The notes under the pieces: generated by a model | What the model saw: the letters and a program-made list of their open reading frames with translations, nothing else | Told to the model about the DNA's origin: nothing | Databases searched by the model: none | Position numbers and translations under genes: made by a program | Part shown: positions 42,333 to 53,778 of the stretch, in pieces | Layout: each line of letters begins with the position of its first letter | How positions within the stretch are numbered: the first letter of the stretch is position 1 | From: Burkholderiales bacterium | GTDB taxonomy: Bacteria > Pseudomonadota > Gammaproteobacteria > Burkholderiales > SG8-39 | Length of the DNA stretch: 64,000 bases | Reading direction: 5' to 3' | Assembly (NCBI GenBank): GCA_026416295.1 | Contig: JAOAFL010000097.1 | Span: 14,671-78,670 of the forward strand

Positions 42333-44417
42333 GTGAGGATTTTCTCGAACCGCCGCCGTCCGGTGCACCTCGGGCCGCTGCCGCTCGAGCGCGTGCGGCG
42401 CGCAGCCGCCGTGCCCGACCTTTCCAGGGTCGAGGACGCGTTTCCCGCGCGAAGCCGCACCGCGCTCGGCCGCATCGTGAACGACTACATCGCGCTCTTC
42501 GAGCAGTTCCGCGCCGAGCCTGCGGCCCCCGAGCGCGCGCCGTACCCGCGCGACCCGCAGCGCCTCGCGAACGAACTGAAGGCGAACTGCTACTTTCTCG
42601 ATGCGACGCTCGCCGGCTGCTGCGAGGTGCCGGCGTCGGCCTGGACAGGGCCGAAGCGGCCGGAGGAGCGCTGGGCGCTCGCGATCGCGGTCGAGTTCGG
42701 TCGCGAACCCGATGCGGAGGACCTCGCCGCCCGCTGGGTGCGGGGAAGCGAATACGACTGCGCGCTCCTTCGCGCCGCCGAGATCGCGCTCGTCTGCGCC
42801 TCGTTCCTTCGCCGGCTGGGATTTTCGGCGACCGCGCACACGCGCGATGCGACCGAGGTCTCGCATGCGCGCATCCTCGTCGCCGCCGGGCTTGCGCGCT
42901 GGAAGGAAGGCAGGCTCGTCGCCCCCTTCATCGGCAGCCGCTTCGCCTCGGCGGTCGTCACCACCTCCGAGCCGCTTGCGCCGGATGCGCCGCTCGCTGA
43001 CGGCTTCTTCGACGGCGGGCTCGGCTGGTGGCTCGGGGCAGGCGGCACCGAGACGTGGTGGAACCGGCGGTTTCTTCGCCGCCGGCCGTCGCACGCGGGG
43101 CGCTATCCGATGGAGAAAATCCGCCGCGTCGCCACGCCGACGACGCTCGTCCTGGAAGACGAGGTGCCGCGTGTTCCGAAGCGCGCCAATTTCTTCACCC
43201 GGGCCGCGGCCGGCGACCTCGGCGAGAAAGCGCAGCGCGAGCGCTCGCGCTTCGCCTACAAGACGCCGATCGCCGATGCCTACGTGAAGCTCATTCGCGC
43301 GATGGTGCCGAGGCAGGGCGGCGACTGCGCCCCGGCGCGCGATCCGGCGACCCACGATCCGGCGGCGAACGCCCGAGCGCTCAAGTCGCTCATGTATTTT
43401 CTCGGCGCCGACATGGTCGGGCTGTGCGAAGCGAAGCCCTACTGCTGGTATTCGCACCAGGAGGACGGAACGCCGATCGCGCCGTATCACCGCAACGCCG
43501 CGGTGATGCTCGTGGACCAGGGCTTCGAGACGATGGAGGGCGCCTCGGGCGACGACTGGATCTCGGGCGCGCAGTCCATGCGCGCGTACCTGCGCGGTGC
43601 CGAGATCTGCGGGGTGGCCGCCGCCTTCATCCGCTCGCTCGGCTGGAGCGCGCGCTCGCAGACGAACGCCGATTCCGACGTGGTGCAGCTTCCGCTCGTG
43701 CTGCTCGCGGGGCTCGGCGAGCTTTCGCGCATCGGCGAGCTGGTGCTCAATCCCTTCGTCGGCCCGCGCTTCAAGAGCGCCGTGGTGACCACCGACCTGC
43801 CGCTTGCGCCCGACCGGCCGGTGGACTTCGGACTTCAGGACATGTGCGCGAAATGCAGCAAGTGCGCGCGCGAGTGTCCGTGCAGCGCGATCTCCTTCGG
43901 CGAGAAGGTGATGTTCAACGGCTACGAGATGTGGAAGCCGGATGTCGAGCGCTGCACGCGCTATCGCGTCACCAACCCGCACGGCTCGGCCTGCGGGCGC
44001 TGCATGAAGACCTGCCCGTACAACCACGAGGGGTTGCTCCTGCACCGGGCGTTCCTGTGGGCGGCGATCCGGCTGCCGTGGACGCGGCGCGCGATCGTGC
44101 GCCTCGACGACTGGGTCGGCAACGGCGCGATCAACCCGGTGAAGACCTGGTGGACCGATCTCGAGATCGTCGAGGGCAGGGTGGTGAAGCCGCGCGGCGC
44201 GAACCGCCGGGGCCTTTCGCTCGACAAAGGCACTGCGCCGCCGCCGGGACACCGGATCGCCTACTACCCGGCCGCGGTCAATCCGCCGGCCGATGCGAAG
44301 AATCCGGTGCCGGTGGACAGAAAAGCGGCGCTTTCCGTGCGGCTGGAAACGCCCGAGGAGGCGCGCCGCAGGCGGGGCCTCGCCGCTCAGAGGGGCACGA
44401 GCAGCTCCTCGACGTAG
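42333..44417 (+). CDS. rdhA: Catabolic (non-respiratory) cobalamin-dependent reductive dehalogenase, NpRdhA-like
   Basis: C-terminal 694 aa of track ORF 39111..44417. N-terminus FSNRRRPVHLGPLPLER; duplicated LKxxxYFLxAxxxGxCE module; AGLGELSRIG, GPRFKS, TTDLPL; Fe-S motifs CAKCSKCARECP and C-x12-CGRCMKTCP; no Tat h-region, no rdhB. Confidence 0.9.
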   Translation: MRIFSNRRRPVHLGPLPLERVRRAAAVPDLSRVEDAFPARSRTALGRIVNDYIALFEQFRAEPAAPERAPYPRDPQRLANELKANCYFLDATLAGCCEVPASAWTGPKRPEERWALAIAVEFGREPDAEDLAARWVRGSEYDCALLRAAEIALVCASFLRRLGFSATAHTRDATEVSHARILVAAGLARWKEGRLVAPFIGSRFASAVVTTSEPLAPDAPLADGFFDGGLGWWLGAGGTETWWNRRFLRRRPSHAGRYPMEKIRRVATPTTLVLEDEVPRVPKRANFFTRAAAGDLGEKAQRERSRFAYKTPIADAYVKLIRAMVPRQGGDCAPARDPATHDPAANARALKSLMYFLGADMVGLCEAKPYCWYSHQEDGTPIAPYHRNAAVMLVDQGFETMEGASGDDWISGAQSMRAYLRGAEICGVAAAFIRSLGWSARSQTNADSDVVQLPLVLLAGLGELSRIGELVLNPFVGPRFKSAVVTTDLPLAPDRPVDFGLQDMCAKCSKCARECPCSAISFGEKVMFNGYEMWKPDVERCTRYRVTNPHGSACGRCMKTCPYNHEGLLLHRAFLWAAIRLPWTRRAIVRLDDWVGNGAINPVKTWWTDLEIVEGRVVKPRGANRRGLSLDKGTAPPPGHRIAYYPAAVNPPADAKNPVPVDRKAALSVRLETPEEARRRRGLAAQRGTSSSST

Positions 44418-44977
44418 GGCAGCCGGTCCTGCCCGAAGTGCATCTGGTTTCCGACGAAAAACGTCGGTACGCCGAAGACGCCGCGGCGCACCGCGGCGTC
44501 GGTCGCTGCGCGCAGCGCCTCCTTGATCGCCGGATCCTGCGTCGCCGCGAGGATCCTTTCGCCATCGAGCCCGGCCTCGCCGAGCGTTCTCGACAGCTCC
44601 TGCGGATCGGCGAGGTTGCGCCGCTCGGCCCAGAGCGCGCGGAACACCGCGTCCGAGTACGGCTGGAGAAAGCCCTGCTGCTGCGCGTACAGCGCGCCGC
44701 GCATGAGCCCGAGCGTGTTCACCGGGAAATGCGGATTGCGCGCGAACGGCACGCCGTAGCGCGCGGCGAACCATTGCAGGTCGCGGAACATCCACGCGAG
44801 CTTCGCCGGCACCTCGGCCGGCGAACGGTTGCCGGTCGCCTGGAACACGCCGCCGAGGAGGATCGGGTGGTAGTTCACCCGCGCCCCGGTGCGCCGCGCG
44901 AGCGCCGGCACCTGCGTCCAGGCGAGGTAGGCGGCCGGGCTGCCGTAATCGAAATAGAAGTCGAGCGTCGCGCTCAT
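44387..44977 (-). CDS. 2-hydroxychromene-2-carboxylate isomerase / DsbA-like (GST kappa) protein
   Basis: DFYFDYGSPAAYLA, PILLGGVF, FPVNT, GVFGVPTF, FGQDRL; 3' end overlaps rdhA by 31 nt. Confidence 0.9.
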   Translation of the reverse strand: MSATLDFYFDYGSPAAYLAWTQVPALARRTGARVNYHPILLGGVFQATGNRSPAEVPAKLAWMFRDLQWFAARYGVPFARNPHFPVNTLGLMRGALYAQQQGFLQPYSDAVFRALWAERRNLADPQELSRTLGEAGLDGERILAATQDPAIKEALRAATDAAVRRGVFGVPTFFVGNQMHFGQDRLPYVEELLVPL

Positions 44978-45133
44978 GGCGAACGCCGCAGCAGCGCGAA
45001 CCTTGCGGCGCAAAACGCCGTGTCGGACATCGGGTCACCTCCTCGGCTGCGTATCGAAACCGCGCGCGGCGCGCTGGCGGCGCACCGCCGCTTGGCCTAT
45101 TATCCGCCGACCCCGAACGCAGGAGATGAAACC

Positions 45134-46099
45134 GTGATCCGATCGCTCGCTGCCGTACTCGCGCTCTGGATCGCCGCGGCGCCTGCCGCGGCCGCGCAGG
45201 ACTGGCCGGCCCGTCCGGTGAGCTTCGTCGTGCCGTTCCCGCCCGGCGGATCGGTCGACCCGCTCGCGCGGCTGCTCGCCGGAAAGCTCTCCGAGTCGCT
45301 GCGGCAGCAGTTCATCGTCGAAAACAAGCCCGGCGCCTCCGGCTCGATCGGCGCCGCGCACGTCGCGAAGGCGAAGCCCGACGGCTACACCTGGCTGTTC
45401 GTGTTCGACACGCACGCGGTCAACCCGGCGCTCATCCCGAACCTGCCCTTCGATACCGCAAAAGACTTCGCGCCGGTGATGCTCGTCGGCACCGCGCCGA
45501 TGGCGATCGCGACGCAGACGGCGAAGCCCTACAAGACCTTCGGCGACGTGGTCGCCGCCGCCAAGGCGAAACCCGACACCGTCACCTTCGGCACCGTCGG
45601 CAACGGCTCGCTCGGGCACCTCACGATGGTGCTCGTGCAGCAGGCCGCGGGCATCAAGCTGGTGCATGTGCCCTACAAGGGCGGCGGACCGATGACGGCG
45701 GATGCGATCGGCGGGCAGGTGGAACTCGCGATCGGCTCGGTCGCGGTGATGGCGCCGCACGTAAAGAGCGCGAAGCTGCGCGCGGTCGCGGTGACCGGCG
45801 ACAAGCGCTCGCACGCGATGCCCGATGTGCCGTCGCTCGCGGAGCAGGGCTTTCCGGGGTTTTCGGCGCATGCCTGGTGGGGCATTTTCGGTCCCGCGGG
45901 CACGCCGAAGCCGATCCTCGATCGCCTGCACGCCGAGCTCGTCAAGGCGCTCAATCTGCCGGACGTGCGCAAGACCCTCACCGAGACGCTCGGCATGGAC
46001 CTCGTCGTTTCCAGCCCCGAGGCGTTGCAGCGCTTCCTCCTCGACGAGATGGCGCGCTGGGGCAAGGTGGTGCGCGACCACGGAATCCGGCCCGACTGA
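45134..46099 (+). CDS. Bug/TctC substrate-binding protein
   Basis: SD AGGAG then GTG; signal peptide; PFPPGGSVD, NKPGASG, HVPYKGG. Confidence 0.93.
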   Translation: MIRSLAAVLALWIAAAPAAAAQDWPARPVSFVVPFPPGGSVDPLARLLAGKLSESLRQQFIVENKPGASGSIGAAHVAKAKPDGYTWLFVFDTHAVNPALIPNLPFDTAKDFAPVMLVGTAPMAIATQTAKPYKTFGDVVAAAKAKPDTVTFGTVGNGSLGHLTMVLVQQAAGIKLVHVPYKGGGPMTADAIGGQVELAIGSVAVMAPHVKSAKLRAVAVTGDKRSHAMPDVPSLAEQGFPGFSAHAWWGIFGPAGTPKPILDRLHAELVKALNLPDVRKTLTETLGMDLVVSSPEALQRFLLDEMARWGKVVRDHGIRPD

Positions 46100-46100
46100 C

Positions 46101-47078
46101 GTGCGCGCGGCGGTGCTGGACGACTACCAGCGGCTCGCGGAGTCGCTCGCCGACTGGGGAAGGCTGCGCCGGCGCGGGATCGAGGTCACGGTATTCGACC
46201 GCGCGTTCGCCTCGGAGGACGAGGCGGCGGAAAAACTCGCGCCCTTCGAGATCCTCGTTCTGATGCGCGAGCGAACGCCGTTTCCGCGCTCGCTCGTCGA
46301 GCGGCTGCCGAGGCTGCGCTTCATCGCGCTCACCGGCCTTCGGTCGGCGAGCCTCGATCTTGCCGCCTGCACCGAGCGCAGGATCCCGGTGAGCAACACC
46401 GGCGCCGGCTCGACCTCCGCCGTCACCGCGGAGTTCGCCTTTCTCATGATCCTCGCCGCGGCGCGCGATTTCGCGCGCGCCGTACGCAACATGCGCGCAG
46501 GGCTCTGGCACGAGGGGCTGCGCGGCGGCACGATCCTCGAAGGAAGGCGTCTCGGCGTGATCGGCCTCGGCAAGCTCGGCGCGCGCGTCGCCGGCTACGG
46601 CAAGGCGTTCGGCATGGACGTGGTCGCCTGGAGCCAGAACCTCACGCCCGAGCGCGCGCGCGAGGCAGGCGCCGCGTACGTCTCGAAGGAGGAACTGCTT
46701 CGCACTTCCGACTTCATCACCATCCACCTCGTGCTCTCCGAGCGCACCCGGGGCTTGATCGGCGAACGGGAACTCGGGCTGATGAAGCCCGGCGCCGTGC
46801 TCGTCAACACCTCGCGCGGGCCGATCGTGGACGAAAAAGCGCTCCTTGCCGCGCTCGCCTCCGGGCGCCTTTCCCACGCCGCGCTCGACGTCTACGACAC
46901 CGAGCCGCTTCCCGCCGATCATCCGCTGCGCCGCATGGAGAACGTGACGCTGTCGCCTCATCTCGGCTACGTGAGCGAGGAAGTGCTGCGCACGTTCTGG
47001 ACCGACGCGATCGAGAACGTCGAGGCCTGGCTCGAGGGCCGGCCGATCCGCGTCATGAACCCGGCGGCGCTCGGCTAG
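46101..47078 (+). CDS. D-2-hydroxyacid dehydrogenase family protein
   Basis: VLDDYQ, MRERT, GLGKLG, WSQNLT, NTSRG, DVY, SPHLGY. Confidence 0.92.
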   Translation: MRAAVLDDYQRLAESLADWGRLRRRGIEVTVFDRAFASEDEAAEKLAPFEILVLMRERTPFPRSLVERLPRLRFIALTGLRSASLDLAACTERRIPVSNTGAGSTSAVTAEFAFLMILAAARDFARAVRNMRAGLWHEGLRGGTILEGRRLGVIGLGKLGARVAGYGKAFGMDVVAWSQNLTPERAREAGAAYVSKEELLRTSDFITIHLVLSERTRGLIGERELGLMKPGAVLVNTSRGPIVDEKALLAALASGRLSHAALDVYDTEPLPADHPLRRMENVTLSPHLGYVSEEVLRTFWTDAIENVEAWLEGRPIRVMNPAALG

Positions 47079-47082
47079 CGCC

Positions 47083-47973
47083 TTGGCGCCGCAGCCGCTT
47101 CCGCGCTGGGTCGGGGTGTGCGCGCTCGCCTCGATCTCGGCGCTCTTCGGCTCGAACCATGTCGCTGCGCGCGTCGCGTTCGAGCACGGGGCGAACGTTC
47201 AGACCGCGGTCGCGTTCCGCTCCGCGGGCACCGCGCTCTTCGTGCTCGCGCTGATCCTCGCGCAGCGCGTGCCGCTCGCGCTGCCGCGCGCGACCCTCGC
47301 GCGCGCCGGCGCGATCGGGCTGCTCCTTGCGGTTCAGAGCTATTGCCTGTACTCGGCGGTCGCGCGCATTCCGGTCGCGCTCGCGCTCCTCGCGTTCCAG
47401 ACCTTTCCGATGGTGCTCGCGCTCCTTACCTGGGCGGCCGAAGGCAGGCGGCCGCGGCCGCGCACGCTCGTCGCGATGCCGGTCGCGCTCGCGGGCCTTG
47501 CGCTCGCGCTCGACGCGGCGGGCGCCGGCGGCTCGGTCAAGGAGCGCTGGAACGAGATCGGCGCGGGCGTGCTCTGGGCGAGCGCCGCCTCGCTCGCGTT
47601 CGCCGGGGTGCTCCATCTCACCGAGCGCTGGCTGCCGGCGCTCGATGGCCGGCTGCGCACGCTCGTCATCATGGCGGTGGTCGCCGCGGTGACGATCGTC
47701 GCGAGCGCGGCGACCGCGAGCTTTCGCCTGCCGGCCGACGCGACCGGCTGGGCGGGCCTTGCGCTGCTCACGCTCCTCTATGGCAGCGGCATGATCGCGT
47801 TCTTCGCTGTCCTTCCGCGCGTCGATGCGCTGAACACGTCGTTCGCGCTCAACTTCGAGCCGGTGGCGGTGCTCGCGATCGCCTGGGTCGTGCTCGATCA
47901 GGCGCTCGCGCCGGTGCAGATCCTCGGCATGGCGGTGGTGCTCGGCGCGATCGTGTTCGGAGCGCGAAAGTGA
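47083..47973 (+). CDS. EamA/DMT-family transporter
   Basis: About 10 hydrophobic segments; LNFEPV, LDQALAPVQILG. Confidence 0.85.
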   Translation: MAPQPLPRWVGVCALASISALFGSNHVAARVAFEHGANVQTAVAFRSAGTALFVLALILAQRVPLALPRATLARAGAIGLLLAVQSYCLYSAVARIPVALALLAFQTFPMVLALLTWAAEGRRPRPRTLVAMPVALAGLALALDAAGAGGSVKERWNEIGAGVLWASAASLAFAGVLHLTERWLPALDGRLRTLVIMAVVAAVTIVASAATASFRLPADATGWAGLALLTLLYGSGMIAFFAVLPRVDALNTSFALNFEPVAVLAIAWVVLDQALAPVQILGMAVVLGAIVFGARK

Positions 47974-48593
47974 CGCGGCTCGTGATCGTGCGCCACGGCG
48001 AGACCGCGTGGAACGCGCAGCGCCGCGTGCAGGGGCAGATCGACGTGCCGCTGAACGAGACCGGGCGCAGGCAGGCCGAGGCGCTCGCGGCGGCGCTCGC
48101 CGGCGAGCGCTTGGCCGCGATCTGGTCGAGCGACCTTGCGCGCGCGCGCGAGACCGCGGCCGCCGCGGCGGCGCGGCTTGGCCTTCCGGTGCGGCTCGAA
48201 CCGGCGCTGCGCGAGCGGCACTACGGGATCTTCGAGACGCTCACCTACGCCGAGGCGAAGGCGCGCTATCCGGAGGACTACGCGCGCTTCGAGCGGCGCG
48301 AGCCGGACTACGACTTCCGCACCGGAGAGTCGCTGCGCGCGTTTTACGAGCGCGCGGTCGGCTGCGTGCGCTCGATCGCCGCCCTGCACGCGGGCGAATC
48401 GGTCCTCGTCTTCACCCACGGGGGCGTCCTCGACAAGGTCTATCGGTTCGTGACCGGCATGGCGATCACTGCGCCGCGCGACTTCGCGATCCCGAACTGC
48501 GGCATCAACCGCCTCGCCGCGGATCCGTGGCGGATCCTCGTCTGGGCGGACGTTTCGCACCTCGAATCCGCGCTCGACGATCTGCCGGAATAG
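47970..48593 (+). CDS. Histidine phosphatase family protein (GpmB/CobC-like)
   Basis: RHGETAWN, SSDLARA, LRERHYG, THGG; GTG overlaps the upstream stop. Confidence 0.9.
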   Translation: MTRLVIVRHGETAWNAQRRVQGQIDVPLNETGRRQAEALAAALAGERLAAIWSSDLARARETAAAAAARLGLPVRLEPALRERHYGIFETLTYAEAKARYPEDYARFERREPDYDFRTGESLRAFYERAVGCVRSIAALHAGESVLVFTHGGVLDKVYRFVTGMAITAPRDFAIPNCGINRLAADPWRILVWADVSHLESALDDLPE

Positions 48594-48771
48594 CCGCTCG
48601 CGCGCGGTGCCGGGCGCCGGACGGCGCGATCGCCGGCGGCGCCGCGCGGGGGCGGATTCTCGCGCGCCGCGCGCGGCGACTGACGTAGATCAAGACGCGA
48701 GCCGCGCTCTCGGCGAAACTTGCGCATTGCGACGAGGACGATCGTCCGAGTCGATCGCGACGGAGCGACGA

Positions 48772-49257
48772 ATGAAGCGGATGCCGATCGTATGGCAGCG
48801 GCTCGTGAGCCGAGGGCAGACCTGCGCGCGCTGCGCGAACACGCACCGCGAGCTCGAAGCGGCGGTGGAAAAACTCGCCGCGGCGCTGCGCCCGCTCGGC
48901 ATCGAGCCGGTGCTCGAGATGCGGGAGATCGCCGAAGACGCGTTCGCCGCCGCGCCGCTGGAATCGAATCGCGTCTGGATCGCGGGACGGCCGATCGAGG
49001 CGTGGCTCGGAGCGCGGGTCGGTGCGAGCCGCTGTTGCTCGGTGTGCGGCGAGGCGGATTGCCGAACGCTCGAGGTCGGCGAGCGCACGTTCGAGACGAT
49101 CCCGCAGGCGCTGATCGTCAAGGCCGGATTGATCGCGGCGGGCGAATCGATCGCAGCCGAGGCGTCGCAGGACCCGGGTGCGCGCTCGTGCTGCGACGAG
49201 CGCCGGGCGAGCGCACCGCTTGGCGCAGAGCGCGCGCAGTCCGGGTGCTGCGCCTGA
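48772..49257 (+). CDS. DUF2703-like Cys-rich putative metal(loid)-binding protein
   Basis: IVWQRLV, TCARC, ESNRVWIAGRPIEAWL, SRCCSVCG, CRT; C-terminal SCC and GCC pairs. Confidence 0.75.
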   Translation: MKRMPIVWQRLVSRGQTCARCANTHRELEAAVEKLAAALRPLGIEPVLEMREIAEDAFAAAPLESNRVWIAGRPIEAWLGARVGASRCCSVCGEADCRTLEVGERTFETIPQALIVKAGLIAAGESIAAEASQDPGARSCCDERRASAPLGAERAQSGCCA

Positions 49258-49355
49258 CGCCGCGCGCGCGGCGCTCGCGCTGAAGGCGCGGCCGGCTCAA
49301 GTTTTCCGGCGCGCGTCCGTTATTCGGCGGCAAACCTTTCTCGGGAGGAAGACCG

Positions 49356-49670
49356 ATGAGCGCACGTTTTGCCCTTGCCGCCCTTTCGTTCGCGATCGCG
49401 AGTGCCGCGTTCGCCGAGACGCCGAGCCGCGTGCCCGGCGAGAAACTGGATGCCGGGCTCGGTGCCTTGCCGCCGTACGTCGAGTGGGCGGTGCATCCGG
49501 TGCTCGTGCGTTACACCGAGCCCGAGGTGCAGGCGATGCTGCGCGACCCGAACCACGTCGTCGGGGAAAAGCTCGATAGCGGGCTCGGAGAGCTTCCGCC
49601 CTATCGCGACTGGCACGCGCACCCGGAGCTGCGGCGCTACGCCCGGCCGCCGGTCGTCGCCGCGCGCTAG
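49356..49670 (+). CDS. Secreted hypothetical protein with two 28-aa internal repeats
   Basis: SD GGAGG; Sec signal ending AFA; repeats V.GEKLD.GLG.LPPY..W..HP.L.RY at aa 26-53 and 68-95. Confidence 0.75.
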   Translation: MSARFALAALSFAIASAAFAETPSRVPGEKLDAGLGALPPYVEWAVHPVLVRYTEPEVQAMLRDPNHVVGEKLDSGLGELPPYRDWHAHPELRRYARPPVVAAR

Positions 49671-49733
49671 CGTTTCGCTCGGTCGTCCGGCGCGCTCGCC
49701 CGGCGGGACCGGGCGCGCGGGCGGCGCGCCGCC

Positions 49734-50276
49734 TCAGTCCTCCAGCTCCTCCAGCAGGCCGGCCAGATCGTCGGCGTGCTCTTCTTCCATCGCGAGGATG
49801 CCTTCCAGCATGCGCCGCGTGGTCGGGTCGTCGTTGCCGAGATAGGCGATCATCTCGCGGTAGCTGTCGATCGCGATGCGCTCGGCGACCAGGTCCTCCT
49901 TGATCATGTCGATCAGGTTCTCGCCCTCGACGTACTCGGCGTGCGAGCGGCTGAGCAGCCCCTCGGGCGAGAAGTTCGGCTCGCCGCCGAGCTGCACGAT
50001 GCGCGCGGCGATCTGGTCGGCGTGCTGCTGTTCCTCGTTCGCGTGCTGCAGGAACTCCTGCGCGACCGAGTCGGCGTGAATGCCGCTCGCCATGAAGTAG
50101 TGCCGCTTGTAACGCAGCACGCACACGATCTCGGTGGCGAGCGCCTCGTTGAGGAGCTTGACGACCGTTTCGCGGTCGGCGCGGTAGCCCTCGGTGACCG
50201 CACCGCGCTCGATGTGCTGGCGCGCGCGCTTGCGCAGCGTCTGGATGTCGGTGAGGAACGGTTTCCTGTTCGCCAT
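49734..50276 (-). CDS. Ferritin-like (bacterioferritin/DpsL-like) protein
   Basis: SD GGAGG; ATEIV, EEQQHAD, RIVQLGG, AERIAI, EEEHADD diiron ligands. Confidence 0.88.
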   Translation of the reverse strand: MANRKPFLTDIQTLRKRARQHIERGAVTEGYRADRETVVKLLNEALATEIVCVLRYKRHYFMASGIHADSVAQEFLQHANEEQQHADQIAARIVQLGGEPNFSPEGLLSRSHAEYVEGENLIDMIKEDLVAERIAIDSYREMIAYLGNDDPTTRRMLEGILAMEEEHADDLAGLLEELED

Positions 50277-50305
50277 GGGGTCCTCCGCGTACGCGATGGT
50301 CGGGC

Positions 50306-51196
50306 TCAACCGAGCGCGATGTCAAGCAGCATCATCGCCGCGAAGCCGCCGAGCACGCCCGCGGTCGCGGCGCGCTCGTGGCCGTGCCGGTGGGATTCGG
50401 GGATGACCTCGTGCGAGATCACGAACAGCATCGCGCCGGCGGCGAACGCGAGCGCGAAGGGCAGCACCGGCTGCGCGAGCGCGACGAGCGCCGCCCCGAG
50501 CACGCCGGCGAGCGGCTCGGCGAGCCCGGTCGCGGCCGCCACCGCGAACGCGCGCACGCGCGCATAGCCGAGCGTGGCGAGCGCGAGCGCGACCGCGAGG
50601 CCCTCGGGCAGGTTCTGGATGCCGATGCCGGCGGCAAGACTCGCCGCCTCGGCGCTCGCGCCGCCGAAGGCGACGCCGACCGCGAGGCCTTCGGGCAGGT
50701 TGTGCAGCGCGATCGCGAACACGAACAGCCAGACCTGGCGGAAGCGGTGGCCGGGCGCGCCCTCGGCGCCCTTCACGAAATGCTCGTGCGGCACCAGCCG
50801 GTCCGCGGTCCAGAGGAACGCCGCGCCGGCGAGCAGCCCCGCGGCGGCGATCGCCGCCGCGAGCGTGCGGCTCGCCCACAGGGCCTCGGCCGTCTCGACG
50901 CCGGGCACGATCAGCGAGAATGAACACGCCGCGAGCATCACGCCCGCGCCGAAACCGAGCATCGCGTCCTCGGCGCGCCGCGAGACGCGGCGCACCGCAA
51001 GGACCGGCGCCGCCCCGATCGCGGTGGCGAGGCCGGTCGCGAGGCTCGCCGCGGCGCCCGCGGCGACGCGGGCGTCGGCGAACGCGAGCGCCGCGAGCGC
51101 GCCGAGCGCCGCGATCGCCGCGAAGGCGGCAAGCGGCCCGCGGGCGAACGCGGGCGCGGCCGCAGCGCGCGCTTCGGTGAGTTGTGCCGACGACAT
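50306..51196 (-). CDS. ZIP-family (ZupT/GufA) divalent metal transporter
   Basis: SD AGGAGG; GFGAGVML, PHEH, LHNLPEG, IQNLPEG, EVIPESH. Confidence 0.92.
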   Translation of the reverse strand: MSSAQLTEARAAAAPAFARGPLAAFAAIAALGALAALAFADARVAAGAAASLATGLATAIGAAPVLAVRRVSRRAEDAMLGFGAGVMLAACSFSLIVPGVETAEALWASRTLAAAIAAAGLLAGAAFLWTADRLVPHEHFVKGAEGAPGHRFRQVWLFVFAIALHNLPEGLAVGVAFGGASAEAASLAAGIGIQNLPEGLAVALALATLGYARVRAFAVAAATGLAEPLAGVLGAALVALAQPVLPFALAFAAGAMLFVISHEVIPESHRHGHERAATAGVLGGFAAMMLLDIALG

Positions 51197-51311
51197 CGTT
51201 CGCCTCCTTGGAACGGCTCTGGTGGACTGCGCCCAATATGCGGGCCGCGCGGCCGCATTTCCAATCGTTTGTTCCGCGCGCGGCGAAAGGCGCCGCCGAT
51301 CGGTCGCGCGC

Positions 51312-51345
51312 AAAAAAAGCCCCGGCGGGCGAGCGCCCGCCGGAG
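51312..51345 (-). terminator. Rho-independent terminator after katG
   Basis: Minus strand CCGGCGGGC-GCTC-GCCCGCCGG hairpin followed after GGC by T7. Confidence 0.8.
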
Positions 51346-51366
51346 CGCTCCCGGCGCGTGCGACGC

Positions 51367-53650
<2,284 letters not shown>

Positions 53651-53778
53651 GGCGGCGCCGACCGAAGCCGCGCGCTCGCGAGCGCGCAGGGCGCGGGCGC
53701 GCGCGGCACGCGCACCGGAGCGCAGCGCGCAAAACCGGACGCGGGCTGCGATAATCTTGCCCGGCAAAGGAGGCGACG

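Noticed and set aside
42333-42392. SNRRRP as a Tat signal (respiratory RdhA)
   Set aside because: No FLK-like consensus and no hydrophobic region; it matches the catabolic RdhA N-terminus, and no rdhB is adjacent.
43700-44030. Epoxyqueuosine reductase QueG as an alternative call
   Set aside because: Length (694 aa), the duplicated N-terminal module and the Tyr/Lys/Arg spacing fit NpRdhA-type dehalogenases better.
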